50,540 nucleotides of DNA from Mesotaenium endlicherianum (Eukaryota), in assembly GCA_009602735.1 (NCBI GenBank), contig WELA01001245.1, positions 1 through 50,540 of the forward strand, in the 5' to 3' direction. The translations under genes were made by a program, and so were the position numbers. Position 1 is the first letter of the stretch, and each line of letters opens with the position of its first letter. Shown here piece by piece: positions 23,316-35,382 of this stretch. The notes under the pieces are model-generated. The model did not search any database. It was not told where the DNA came from and saw only the letters and a program-made list of their open reading frames with translations.

Positions 23316-24503
23316 CTAATAACAGCGTGATGTCCCTTCCAGCCCCATCCTACTGCCATTAGGAGGGAGATGTCCTGAGGCTCTATACTCAGGGGAGCCA
23401 GACCTCCTCCTGTCTTGGGGTCTTCTGAAGCCAGTCAGAGAGGGAGGTTCCGTGTAAGGACCTCGCGGAGAACGCCGTAACTGGGCTGTTTCCTCCTGCA
23501 CAGTCTGGAGGGAGGCAGCCTTCTCCTGGGCAGCCCTCAAACTGACAGGTACGTATACCGGCATCCCAGAAGGATGTTGCATGACATGAGCCAAGGGTAC
23601 ATGCCCTCTCTGCGAGGGAGATGCTGGCAGGCCTCTGGCTATTTCCCAAGCAGCCCTCCTGTCTGCCCTGTCTGACTGGGTCTCCTTGTCTGGAGATGGG
23701 CTGTGTCCTCTGGCAGTTCCCAGCCAAGTGATATCCTCCTCTTGAGCGAGTTGCTGCGGGGCCAACCCCGTCTTCTCCATTACAGGGGATGTAGCAGGTG
23801 TCAGGATCACGGCGGGGCTATTGTCTTCCTCCTCGCCTTCCTCCTCGTCTTCCTCCGACTCCTCCTCCTTGCCGTCCCCGGGTTCCTCTGAGACTTCTGG
23901 GGTCTCTTCTGTCAGCTGCTCCAGCTCTTCCCGAGAAAAAGAATATCCTACTGACCTTCCCCTTTTGGGTGCTGGTGGGGGCTGCTGAGTCCGGACCGCA
24001 TAGAGGTCCTTTTCCCCCTGCTTACTTGCCCATTTGGCATAAGCGTGCTTCCCTTTGGAGAATGACTCTCGGGCCCTGCTTCTGTCCCCCTGCATCTCTT
24101 GGCTCATGCAGTCTCTGACTCCATCCAATCTTGGGTCCCAAGCCGCAATGTGAGGGGGCAATACTATGTTCCCCTTTAAGTCTGTCAGGAAATCCTCATC
24201 CGTCGCCCTGTCATTCTGCTGGTCCCTCATGTTGATGGTCATCCACCGCCAATCAGTGGGCTTTTGGAAGAAGGCAGCGTCTGTCTATCTGAGAGTACAA
24301 GGGTACCAGTGCCCTGCAAAGTCCAGCTGACTGGTTTCCCTGGCCAAGAATTCCCAGCTCCTCCTCTCCACCTCATTGTACATGGCCTTGAACCTGTTGT
24401 GGGGTGTTGAGTCCTTGAAGCTGTCCGCGTCCATGGGGATCATCCTGTTGACCCTATCTTCCCCCCAGATACCAGGAATCGAGACAGCCCTTGCTTCGTT
24501 CAC
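23316..24503 (-). pseudogene. C-terminal two-thirds of family A ORF3
   Basis: ORFs 24285-24572 and 23316-24242 carry the same motifs as 19184-20355. The N-terminus was removed by a deletion. Confidence 0.75.
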
Positions 24504-27500
24504 CTGGTTGGACAGGTAACCGACCTGTGAACAGTGTATCACCTTTGATGTATGGTTCCAGGAAGGAGACATTAAAGACCGAGTGACCCTTGTAGTCAGC
24601 TGACATGTTTAGTTTGTAAGCATTCTGACCAACACGACGTAGTACCGAATATGGACCGACCCATACAGGGCCAAGCTTTTTCTTGACCACACCAGGGAGG
24701 TACAGGTGCTGAGAATGCAGTTTGACTAAATCGCCCTTAGAAAATGTCAGCTCCCGACGGTGTTCATTAGCGTATTTTTGTTGGTTTTCTTGGGCTTTGT
24801 GCAGGTTTTGTTGGACTTCTGACAGGGTGTCAGCAAACTCCTGAGTTAACTGGAGGGAGACCGGGTTGTCAATCCCTTCAGGGTGAGTTAAAGATTCCCC
24901 TAGCACATCTAGAGGAGACTTAGGGACTCTACCCAGGCTGAGTTCAAAAGGAGTCTTGCCCGTTGACGCGTGCACCGCACTGTTGACCGCAAACTGAATT
25001 TGAGGCAACAGGTCATCCCAATTATCTTGTTTTTGGTTAATATATGCTCTCAGCACCTCCTGCAGAACTCGGTTAGTTCTTTCAGTCTGCCCATCAGTCT
25101 GAGGGTGGTTGGCTGTGCTGAGCAGCTGTTTGACTCCCATTAACCCCATTAAAGCTCTCCAGAACTTAGAGGTGAATTTTGAGTCTCTGTCTGAGATGAT
25201 ATTAGAAGGGAGCCCATGTTGGCATACTACATGGTTGTAAAACTGTCTCGCTGTTTCGAGTGCAGTCACTTTGACAGTTGTGGGGATAAAAATGACCATT
25301 TTTGTCAGTTTATCCACGACTACCAGTATTGAATCATGCCCGTTGGCAGTTCTTGGTAGTGAGACCACCCAGTCCATGGATATAGTTTCCCAGCGTCCCG
25401 CTGGGATGGGTAGCGGTTGCAAGAGACCTCCGGGTGGTGTGTGCCGAGACTTATTTCTCTGACACTGGTCACAGGACTTGACATATTTCAAGACCTCCCG
25501 GGGTAACCCCTCCCAATGATAATGTTTTAACAGTTTGCCAACAGTTTTGGCCTGCCCCAAATGTCCACCCAGGAGACTGTCATGAGCTTGACTCAGTAAG
25601 AGAGACCTTATTTCCAAGTTATTAGGATTGACCAGCTTCAGCCAGCCTGAAGTGGTTTCAGTCACCCAGACCCCTCCCTTAAGCTTATACCCGAGTGCAG
25701 TAGCACGACACACACCAGTAGTGGGGCTGGGCTCAAATGTTGGGTCAGAAAGGTAGGCTTTCCTAAGTTGTTCAAGGAAGGACTTTTTCACCTTTAGTGA
25801 AGTGAGTGCACACAGGACTTTATCTACAGCATGCTGACTAAAGTTCCTTTCTTGCAAGTCAGGTCTTCTAGAGAGTGCATCAGCAGGATTCAACTTCCCT
25901 GGTTTGTAGTCGATCTGGACTTGGAACTGCTCCAGCATCTGGCTCCAGTGGTTCTCCCTCCTCGACAGCTTGGACTTCTTCTGAAAGTGAGTCAGAGCTA
26001 AATGATCTGTAATCACCTTAAAAGCTTTACCATGTAAGTATGCTCTCCACTGTTTGAGTACATGAATGATAGCTAGCAGCTCTTTATCATGCACTGAGTA
26101 ATTAATCTCCGCTGGATTAAATTTCATAGACTCATACAACACAGGATGCCACTCCTGCCGTACCTTACCATCCTTTGTGGTTTTGTCAGCAGGCTGCAAC
26201 AAAATAGCACCCATGGCAAAATCAGAGGCATCAGTAACCACCTGCACCGGTTTGCTGGGGTCATACACGGCTAGCACTGGGGCAGAACAAAGGGCATCTT
26301 TAAGGGTCTGGAAGGCAGCCTGCTGCTCTTCCCCCCACACATACCCGATGTCTTTCTTAGTAAGGTCAGTCAGTTTACTGGCCTTTGTGGAATAATTCTC
26401 AATAAATCTCCTATAGTAGTTAGCCAACCCGAGGAAGGATCTAACTTCAGAGACAGACTGTGGTACTGGCCAGTCCCTTATGGTCTGGACTTTCTTAGGA
26501 TCCACACTGATGCCCTCTTTACTGACAACGTGGCCTAAGAATTCAATACTTTCCTTAAAGAAATCACACTTGCTCATTTTAGCATATAAGTGATTTTTCC
26601 GCAGAGTGTCCAGGACTGTTTTTAAGTGTTCAGTGTGCTGAGCTTCATCTTTAGAGAAAATTAAAATATCATCCAGGAAAACTTGCACAAACTTATCCAA
26701 ATAAGGTCTGAGAATGTCGTTCATAGCACCCATGAAGGTAGCAGGAGCATTAGTCAGTCCAAATGGCATCACGTTGAACTCATAGTGTCCATAACGTGTG
26801 CGGAAAGCAGTCTTGTGTTCATCCCCCTCAGCAATTCTGATTTGATGATAACCACTCTTGAGATCTATCTTACTGAACACCTTAGCGCCAGACAGGGTAT
26901 CAAGCAAGTCCTCGATTCTGGGTAAAGCATACTTGTTCTTTACTGTAATTCTGTTCAGAGCTCTGTAATCCACACACATCCGCATACTGCCATCCTTTTT
27001 CTTAACAAATAGGATNTTAACAAACAAGATGGGTGCGCCATAAGGTGATTTACTGGGGGAAATATAACCATTTTTCTCAAGCTCTGCGATCTGTGTTTTC
27101 AACTCCTCACTCTCCAAATAAGACAAGCCATACGTGCGTTGCCAAGGTGGCTGACTACCAGGTAATAAATCAATCATATGATCTACTTCCCTCTTAGGGG
27201 GTAGTCCTGGAGGCATATTAAATACATCCGTGTACTGAGCAACAATTTTTGCAGCAGTAGGGTGCTTCGGAGGGCTTACCTTTTTCTCTACCACATCTTC
27301 AGGTTGAGGAGGTACCTCTCTTAGCAGCAAATAGAACGTTCTGTCCTCCTTCTGGTTCCAGCTTTTGACGAACTCCATTGCATTCAGCAACTTGCATCCT
27401 TCTGGAAGCCTCTTCTTTTCCTTCATTTGCCATCCACACAGGACAAGAGGAAGAGCACTGGTGGGTGCCAAGTTAGTCTGCCCATCACTGGCTCCTCTCA

Positions 27501-27567
27501 CTTTAACTATACCTCTGCTCCAACACACTTCAGCTTGATGTCTATTAAGCCAGGACCTGTCTACCAC
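24454..27567 (-). CDS. pol: Family A Pol: RT, RNase H, integrase (chromodomain deleted)
   Basis: 1037-aa ORF with [39 protein letters not shown] / SDRD / GQTE (DDE intact) and WVGPY. One assembly N at 27016. Confidence 0.93.
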   Translation of the reverse strand: MVDRSWLNRHQAEVCWSRGIVKVRGASDGQTNLAPTSALPLVLCGWQMKEKKRLPEGCKLLNAMEFVKSWNQKEDRTFYLLLREVPPQPEDVVEKKVSPPKHPTAAKIVAQYTDVFNMPPGLPPKREVDHMIDLLPGSQPPWQRTYGLSYLESEELKTQIAELEKNGYISPSKSPYGAPILFVXILFVKKKDGSMRMCVDYRALNRITVKNKYALPRIEDLLDTLSGAKVFSKIDLKSGYHQIRIAEGDEHKTAFRTRYGHYEFNVMPFGLTNAPATFMGAMNDILRPYLDKFVQVFLDDILIFSKDEAQHTEHLKTVLDTLRKNHLYAKMSKCDFFKESIEFLGHVVSKEGISVDPKKVQTIRDWPVPQSVSEVRSFLGLANYYRRFIENYSTKASKLTDLTKKDIGYVWGEEQQAAFQTLKDALCSAPVLAVYDPSKPVQVVTDASDFAMGAILLQPADKTTKDGKVRQEWHPVLYESMKFNPAEINYSVHDKELLAIIHVLKQWRAYLHGKAFKVITDHLALTHFQKKSKLSRRENHWSQMLEQFQVQIDYKPGKLNPADALSRRPDLQERNFSQHAVDKVLCALTSLKVKKSFLEQLRKAYLSDPTFEPSPTTGVCRATALGYKLKGGVWVTETTSGWLKLVNPNNLEIRSLLLSQAHDSLLGGHLGQAKTVGKLLKHYHWEGLPREVLKYVKSCDQCQRNKSRHTPPGGLLQPLPIPAGRWETISMDWVVSLPRTANGHDSILVVVDKLTKMVIFIPTTVKVTALETARQFYNHVVCQHGLPSNIISDRDSKFTSKFWRALMGLMGVKQLLSTANHPQTDGQTERTNRVLQEVLRAYINQKQDNWDDLLPQIQFAVNSAVHASTGKTPFELSLGRVPKSPLDVLGESLTHPEGIDNPVSLQLTQEFADTLSEVQQNLHKAQENQQKYANEHRRELTFSKGDLVKLHSQHLYLPGVVKKKLGPVWVGPYSVLRRVGQNAYKLNMSADYKGHSVFNVSFLEPYIKGDTLFTGRLPVQPGERSKGCLDSWYLGGR

Positions 27568-28088
27568 GAGATCATAAAAGCCAGTGTTGAGTACCTAAAT
27601 GTAAGCGTTTCAGTTAGAACTGCAAATGCCAGAACCTNTCAGAACCTAACTGGACCTCAATAGGCTTGGTATAACTCCTCCCGGGATACTTGAGGCATCT
27701 CCAAGGAATATTTTCCTATTCCCTTGGGTGACAGTAGGCAGCCTTAGCCGCTTAACTAAGTCCTTGTGGATAAAAGTATGTGACGCCCCTCCGTCAACAA
27801 ATGCCCTCACCTTCCTACCTGCAATCATGCAATGCAGTAGGATAGGGGGGACTGTCTTTTCCTGACTTTCGCATTGTTCTCCTGACGTAGCAAAGAAATG
27901 TTGGACATCAGGTGGAACAAGAGCATCCAGAGTGTGCACTCTCTGGACGTCTATATTGCTGATGGTCTCCTTTATCTGGTTGTCAGGCATGCATAGTGAA
28001 TCCAGTTCAGCAGGACCCATAATACCTGCTACGAGGGCAGCTAGTGACGACTCACTATCTCTAGCATCCTCACAGTCAGTAGACTGGA
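27568..28088 (-). CDS. pol: Family A aspartic protease region, in the -1 frame relative to gag
   Basis: IAGRKVRAFVDGGASHTFI, and FYDLV at ~27570. Interrupted by an assembly N at 27638. Confidence 0.75.
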
Positions 28089-29564
28089 TTACTGACTGTT
28101 GCTGTCTTTTAAAGGCTGGTCTTTTCTCTCGACCTTAGGCAGGTGCTTGACCGGACACTGTTCTCTGTAGTGGCCTTTCTGCTGACAATGGTAGCAAGTA
28201 GATTTTGCTGAGGCTGGTCTCGGCTTAGTCCTACCACCACCCCTTCCATAGCCACCTCGAGAGGGACCACCTCTACCTCTAGACTGAATAGCATTGTACT
28301 CATACTCATATTCATCACCCTGATTATCCTCAGCCTGGTCTCCTTCAACTGCATTGTAGGAACCGTGGGGCTTTTTGACAATCTTAGACACCAAAGCGTT
28401 ACTCTGGCGCTTGTGATTGAACTGCTGCTGATCCCAGGCGTCAGCATCCTGGATCAAGTCAGCCAGTTTCTCATACTTTTTCTCAGCAAAATGACCAGAG
28501 ACCTCGGATTTCAAGCCATACCTGAAGTATGCTATCCTATACCGTTCTGGCAAATCTGGCTGCTTCATCATGTTCTCTTGGAATTTTTGAGCAAACTCAG
28601 CAACTGAAGTGGCCTGCTTCAGTGTCAGGGAGATCATCGCATAGATAGCTTTCTCCTGCTGGTTGATGACATCAAACTTCTCATGCAACTTCTCGACAAA
28701 CTCTACCCACGTAGGGTCACCGAGTTGCCGAGCCTTACGCTCTTCCTTCCAGTAAAGCCACCAGTCTGCGGCACTGCCTTTCAGTAGCGCACCGGTGTGC
28801 CTGACCTTCTCGTAATCTTGCAGTTCTGGGTAGTTCTCCAGCCACTGCTCAACATCCGCGAGAAACTTGATCAGGTAATATTTTCTGTTTCCCTCAGGAT
28901 CATAGTCCTGGGGAGGTTTCGGCTTGGGCTTACTAGGCCCTCGGCCACCACCACTAGTGGTTTGAGACCCCAGTTGGTCTCTGTCCCGCAGTAGGGACAT
29001 TATGATTCTTTTGTCCTCCTGCTGGGACTGATACATGGTCGCCATTTGCGACTGCATCTGAACGAACAACGCTCCCAAGTCTACACTCTGGGGTGGTAGT
29101 CAAGCAAATGTAGCAGCAGCATTGGCATCTATTCGCTGAGTAGTGTCCTCAACAATCCCTCTCGCTCCTGCAGCAGCAATTCCTGCCGCATTCAGCCGGT
29201 CACGTATTTGACCTAGGGGTACATTGAGTTGTACAGCAGGAGGTGGGTTCAGAACATTGGCCCTTGCCATAAGTTCTTCAACAGTGCGCTCATCAGGTGG
29301 CTGTCCTTCTTTCCTTTCTGTATCTTCAGCGGCCTTTGCTACTTGTTCAGCTTCTAATCTGGCTCTCTCCTCCTCAGCTTGCTGTGCTGCGACTGCAGCA
29401 ATAGCAGCTGCCTCATCTGCAGCCTCTCTTGCAGCAGTATCTGCTACTGCTTCAGAATAGGTACGGGTTCCCGCTACATGACTTTCCGCCTGGTTTTCGA
29501 CATTCTCGTTATCCTGGTTCTCCATGTCTCGGGAGTGGCTAGTTTGAGACCTTGTCCTTACCAT
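28089..29564 (-). pseudogene. gag: Family A gag with CCHC; in-frame TGA at 29100-29102
   Basis: MVRTRSQ start just after the PBS, LLKGSAADWW, FRYGLKSEV, CYHCQQKGHYREQC. The paralogous copy has Arg at the stop position. Confidence 0.88.
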
Positions 29565-29585
29565 ACAAAGAAGACTGTGATAACT

Positions 29586-29597
29586 GCTCCGATACCA
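29586..29597 (-). promoter_or_regulatory. Primer-binding site, tRNA-iMet type (family A)
   Basis: TGGTATCGGAGC, 1 nt from the 5' LTR end. Confidence 0.88.
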
Positions 29598-29598
29598 T

Positions 29599-30317
29599 TG
29601 AAATGAATTGACTTACCAAATAAGCGATTAACAATTAATAAAGATCTTTATATCAGCAAGTAATCTTTATGGTATTTTTCGTTAACTGGTTAAACGGCAA
29701 AGGACAACACACTAGCAGTGAATAATACTCGTAAATCAAATGCGAGTAAACTAACATGAATAATGCAAATCAGTAAACTCATACATAAGCCAGGTTAGAA
29801 GACAGTGCGTATCAATGGCTTCTCGCCTTGGATTCAGACTCTCTCAGTAAGCTGTACAAGAGAGTTGGCCTCGTCTCCGAATGCCGAACTCGAGAGCAAT
29901 GCCTAGCATATGTACATGGAATGAGTTTACTGTTCAACGGTCAGTGCGATGGCACCGCCTACCCGGGAGTTAACCACGTTGGTAGGACCTCGGTTAACCA
30001 GATCCACCGCCATCTCCCATCATCCCGAATAGCCATCCATCATAGGGATGTCATCTGGCCATTCATCTAGCATATCGTACTTAGGTGCATATCAAGGCAG
30101 TTCGCTGCTACCGAGTACGGAAGTCAGCTGGCTGTCAAAGAATGGGTCAGCAAGCTGACTTATATGGACTTCAACCTGCTGCTTACGGCTGAGTCATTAA
30201 ACTGATAATTATGTAAAGTCCAGCAGACTGACTATTAACTAAAGTTCAGCAGGCTGAACTTAATTAACTATTATATTTAAATGAATATTATATCCACTAA
30301 TATACTGATTCATTACA
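29599..30317 (-). repeat. 5' LTR (719 bp)
   Basis: TG...CA ends, PBS adjacent. Confidence 0.93.
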
Positions 30318-30607
30318 ACTTGACTCAGTAAGAGGGACCTTATGTCCAAGTTATTAAGAATGACCAGCTTCAGCCTGCCTGAAGTGGTTTCAGTCACCCA
30401 GACCCCTCTTTGAAGCCTATACCCGAGTGCAGTAGCAGGACACACACCATCAGTGGGGCTGGGCTTGAATGTTGGGTCAGAAAGGTAGGCTTTCCTAAGT
30501 TGTTCAAGGAAGGACTTTTTCACTTTTAGTGAAGTAATTGCTCAAAGGACTTTATCTCTAGCATGCTGACTTAAGTTCCATTCTTGCAAGTCCGGTCTTC
30601 TAGAGAG

Positions 30608-31761
30608 TGTCGTAACAGTGGCCGTCGACGGACCCTAGGCATCGACACCCCTAATCTTCACAAGTGCGGAAATAGCATGGACCGGACATGACCCTAAGGG
30701 ACTAGGCGTGGACTGGCTAACCGAAGTGCTGTGGGTAAAAACTCCCCTTATTAGGGGGAGAAGCCTACAGCTTATGAGCTGTAAATGAAAAAGAATACGA
30801 GAGGTTTGAACTGGGCACTACTGGGCAACTGAGCAGCTACAAAGGATTAACTAGAGAGCGAAAAAAGAGCTATGAAAATGTAAACGAGCTAAGGCGGAGT
30901 AGTATTACCCGGAGCGTGAGTGCACGAACCCTCTATGTCGAGCAAACTATTAGTGGAAAGCTATGTTACAGCCGCGAGAAAGAATGGGGTGTTCGCGACT
31001 AAATGTGAGTGGTGATGGGCACTACGAGCAACCTACACATAGAAGTGAGGAAAGCGAGAGTGGATAAGCACACACTATGAGCATTTAGTCACATAGAAAC
31101 AATTATCCTCTCACTCATAAAAACGAACATACAAAACCAACACCGAAATGGTGCTAGCTCGCGGCCTAAGTAGCGTGCTCTTGAATGCTATGCCCAGTGC
31201 CTACAAAACTCACCAAACTCTAGACTCTACGATGAACGCGTCATCGCGTCATCTCACACAAATCCACAATAAACTAAATATGGAAAAGAAGAGAACTTAG
31301 TGGTTGACAGACACACGTACAACTCAACGACTATGGCCAAAAGGGAACCCGACACCCCAATGTCCCCTACTCTCCCTAACCCCTAGCAATCCTTGGGCAT
31401 ACCCATGGGGATTGCCTATGGTACAATGATGATCTAGCCATGGACCATGGGCGATCCCCCTGGGTACCCGCGCCGACCCTTCAGGCGAGCGAACTTGAGG
31501 GTCGACCTCCACACATGTGGGCGGCAACACCATGTGTGGAGGTAAAGAAAGTGCGCGTGATCTGGGAAGGGCCTCACAGCTGCTCAAAAGCAGAACCTCG
31601 TGAGCAGATCCTGGGTCCCAGGGTTCACCACCAGGGCACATAGACTAGACCATCCTCACCTACCGCCCTAACCCGACTAACCACTAGAGCCTGCAAGTGA
31701 CCCTCCACCCTCAAGGAACCACTAGACACCCAAAGAGGACTCGACAAGGACGGGCACGACA
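30608..31761. mobile_element. Non-coding solo LTR-like insertion (1154 bp) with family C-type termini
   Basis: TGTCGT...GCACGACA with 4-bp TSD AGAG (30604-30607 / 31762-31765). Splits the ADALSR motif of the host pol. Confidence 0.85.
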
Positions 31762-31765
31762 AGAG

Positions 31766-33944
31766 TGCATCAGCAAGATTTAACTTCCCTGGTTTGTAGT
31801 CAATCTGGACTTGGAATTGCTCCAGCATCTGGCTCCAGCGGTTCTCCCTCCTCGACAGCTTGGACTTCTTCTGAAAGTGAGTCAGAGCTAAATGATCTGT
31901 AATCACCTTAAAAGCTTTACCATGTAAGTATACTGTCCACTGTTTGAGCACATTAACGATAGCAAGCAGCCCTTTATCATGCACGGAATAGTTAATTTCA
32001 GCTGGGTTGAATTTCAAAGACTCATACAGCACAGGGTGCCACTCCTGCCGTACCTTACCATCCTTTGTGGTTTTGTCAGCAGGCTGCAACAAAATAGCAC
32101 CCATGGCAAAGTCAGAAGCATCAGTAATCACCTGCACAGGTTTGTTGGGGTCATACACGGCTAGGACTGGGGCGGAACAAAGAGCATCTTTAAGGGTCTG
32201 GAAGGCAGCCTGCTGCTCTTCCCCCCACACATACCCTATGTCCTTCTTAATAAGGTCAGTCAGTTTACTGGCCTTTGTAGAATAATTCTCAATAATTCTC
32301 CTTAGTAGTTAGCCAACCCAAGGAAGGATCTAACTTCAGAGCCAGACTGTGGTACAGGCCAATCCCTTATGGTCTGGACTTTCTTAGGATCCACACTGAT
32401 GCCTTCTTTACCGACAACGTGGCCTAAGAATTTAATGCTTTCCTCGAAGAAATCATACTTCCTCATTTTAGCATATAAGTGATTTCTTCTCAGAGTGTCC
32501 ACGACTGTCCATGAGTGTGCAGCATGTTGAGCTTCATCTTTCGAGAAAATTAAAATATCATCCAAGGAAGACTTGCACAAACTTATCCACGTAAGGTTTG
32601 AAAATGTCATTCATAGCGCCCATGAAGGTTGCAGGAGCATTAGTCAGTCCAAATGGCATCACATTAAACTCATAGTGTCCATAAAGTGTGCATAAGGCAG
32701 TCTTGTGTTCATCTCCCTCAGCAAATCTGATTTGATGATAACCACTCTTGAGATCTATCTTACTGAACATTTTAGCACCAGATAGGGTATCAAGCAAGTC
32801 CTCGATTCTGAGTGAAGCATACTTGTTTTTTACTGTAAAACTGTTAAGAGCTCTGTAATCAACGCATATCCGCATACTTCCATCTTTTTTCTTAACAAAT
32901 AGGATGGGTGCGCCATAAGGTGATTTACGGGGGGAAATATAACCATTTTCCTCAAGCTTTGCAATCTGTGTTTTCATCTCTTCGCTCTCCACATAAGACA
33001 AGCCATAAGTGCGTTGCCAGGGTGACTGACTTTCAGGTAATAAATCAATTCTGTGATCTACTTCCCTCTTAGGGGGTATTCCTGGAGGCATATTAAATAC
33101 ATCCGTGTACTGAGCAACAATTTTTGCAGCAGTAGGGTGCTCTGGAGGGCTTACCTTTTTCTCAACCACTTCTTCAGGTTCAGAGGGTACTTCTCTTAGC
33201 AGCAGACAAAACATTCTGTCTTCCTTCTGGTTCTAGCTTTCGATGAACTCCATTGCATTCAGCAATTTGCATCCTCCTGGAAGTCTCTTCTTTTCCTTCA
33301 TTTGCCATCCACACAGGACAAGAGGAAGAGCACTGGTGGGTGCCAAGTTAGTCTGCCCATCACTGGCTCCTCTCACTTTAACTGTACCTCTGCTCCAACA
33401 CACTTCAGCTTGATGTCTACTAAGCCAGGACCTGCCTAGCACAAGATCATAAAAGCCAGTGTTGAGTACCTCAAATGTAAGCATTTCAGTTAGAATTGCA
33501 ATGCCAGAACCTTACTGGACCTCAATAGGCTTCGTTATAATTCCTCCCGGGATACTTGAGGCATCTCCAAGGAATATTTTTCTATTCTCTTGGGTGATAG
33601 TAGGCAGCCTTAGCCGCTTAACTAAGTCCTTAAGTATGTGACGCCCCTCCGTCAACAAATGCCCTCACCTTCTTACCTTGAATTATGCAATGCAGTAGGA
33701 TAGGGGGGACTGACTTTTCCTGACTTTCGTGTTGTTCTCCTGACTTAGCAAAGAAATGTTAGACATCAGGTGGAACAAGATCATCCAGAGTGTGCACTCT
33801 CTAGAGATCTATGTTCTATGGTCTCCTTTATCTGTCTGTCAGGCATGCATAGTGAATCCAATTCAGCAGGACCCATAATACCTGCTACGAGGGCAGCTAG
33901 TGACGACTCACTATCTCTAGCATCCTCACAGTCAGTAGACTGGA
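31766..33944 (-). pseudogene. pol: Family A pol (protease, RT, RNase H), frameshifted
   Basis: ORF pieces 33233-33484, 32558-33214, 32302-32610 and 31625-32230 are collinear with 25870-28088. Confidence 0.9.
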
Positions 33945-35375
33945 TTACTGACTGTTGCTGTCACTTAAAGGCTGGTCTTTCCTCTCGACCTTTGGGAGGT
34001 GCTTAACTGGACACTACTCTCTGAGGTGACCCAGCTGCTGGCAATGGAAGCAAACAGATTTTGCTGAGGCTGGTCTCGGCTTAGTCCTACCACCACCTCT
34101 TCCATAGCCACCTCGAGAGTAACCACCTCTCCATCTAGACTGTATAGCATTATACTCATACTCGTACTCATCACCCTGATCATCCTCAGCCTGGTCTCCT
34201 TCAATTGCATTGTAGGACCCGTGGGGCTTTTTGACAATCTTAGACACCAAAGCATTACTCTGGTGCTTGTGATTGAACTGCTGCTGATCCCAGGCATCAG
34301 CGTCCTGGATCAAGTCAGCCAGTTTCTCATATTTCTTTTCAGCGAAGTGACCAGAGACTTCGGATTTCAAACCATACCTGAAGTATGCTATCATACACCG
34401 CTCTGGCAAGTCTGGCTGCTTCATCATGTTCTCCTGGAACTTTTGAGCAAACTCAGCAACTGAAGTGGTCTGCTTCAGTGTCAAGGAGATCATTGCATAG
34501 ATAGCTTTCTCCTGCTGATTGATGACATCAAACTTCTCATGCAGTTTCTCGACAAACTCTACCCAAGTAGGGTCATCGAGTTGCTGAAACTTACGCTCTC
34601 CTTCCCAATACAGCCACCAGTCTGCTGCACTGCCTTTCAGTAGAGCATCAGTATGCCCAACCTTCTCGTAATCCTGCAATTCTAGGTAGTTCTCCAGCCA
34701 CTGCTCAACATCAGCGAGAAGCTTGATCAGGTTATACTTTTTGTTTCCCTCAGGATCATAGTCCTGGGGAGGTTTCGGCTTAGGCTTACTAGGCCCTCTG
34801 CCACCACCACCAGTGGTTTGAGAACCCAGTTGGTCTCTGTCCCGCAGCAGAGACGATATGATTCTTTTGTCCTCCTGTTGGGACTGATACATGCTCGTCA
34901 TTTGCGATTGCATTTGCGCAAGTAATGCTCCCAAATCCACACTCTGAGGTGGGATTCTAGCAAATGCAGCAGTAGCAGTGGCATCCACTCGCTGAGTAGT
35001 GTCCTCAACAGTTCCTCTCGCTCCTGCAGCAGCAATTTTTGCCGCATTCAACCGGTCACAAATTTGACCTAGAGGCACATTAAGTTGTACAGCAGGAGGT
35101 GGGTTCAAAACATTGGCCCTTGCTGCCATACGTGTTCAACAGTGCGCTCGTCCGCTGGCTGTCCTTCCCTCCATTCTGTATCTTCAGCAGCTTTTGCTAA
35201 TCGTTCGGCTTCTAGTCTAAGTCTTTCCTCCTCAGCCTGCTGTGTTGCGACTGCAACAATAGCAGCTGCCTCATCTGCAACCTCTCTAGCTGCAGTATCT
35301 GCCACTGCTTCAGAATAGGTACGGGTTCCCGCTACATGGCTTTCAGCCTGATTTTTGACATTCTCGTTATCCTTG
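33945..35375 (-). pseudogene. gag: Family A gag, 5'-truncated and frameshifted
   Basis: ORFs 35105-35395 and 34014-35129 closely match 28089-29564. Contains CFHCQQLGH. Confidence 0.88.
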
Positions 35376-35382
35376 TTGCGCC

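Larger units (their letters stand above)
22554..30317 (-). mobile_element. Two-LTR family A chromovirus nested in the integrase of another family A copy; internal ~1.1-kb deletion
   Basis: Near-identical LTRs 22554-23273 and 29599-30317, TSD GCTTG/ACTTG (22549-22553 / 30318-30322, one mismatch), PBS 29586-29597, PPT 23274-23286. Confidence 0.93.
18293..35380 (-). mobile_element. Family A chromovirus, 5'-truncated (no 5' LTR or PBS), hosting two later insertions
   Basis: Order is gag (33945-35375), pol (31766-33944, 30323-30607, 21243-22553), ORF3, PPT 19013-19025, LTR 18293-19012. The pieces rejoin across TSDs. Confidence 0.8.

Noticed and set aside
27002..27650. ILFV duplication and frameshift within family A pol
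   Set aside because: Both sit on single Ns (27016, 27638) flanked by short duplicated sequence, so they are scaffold joins.
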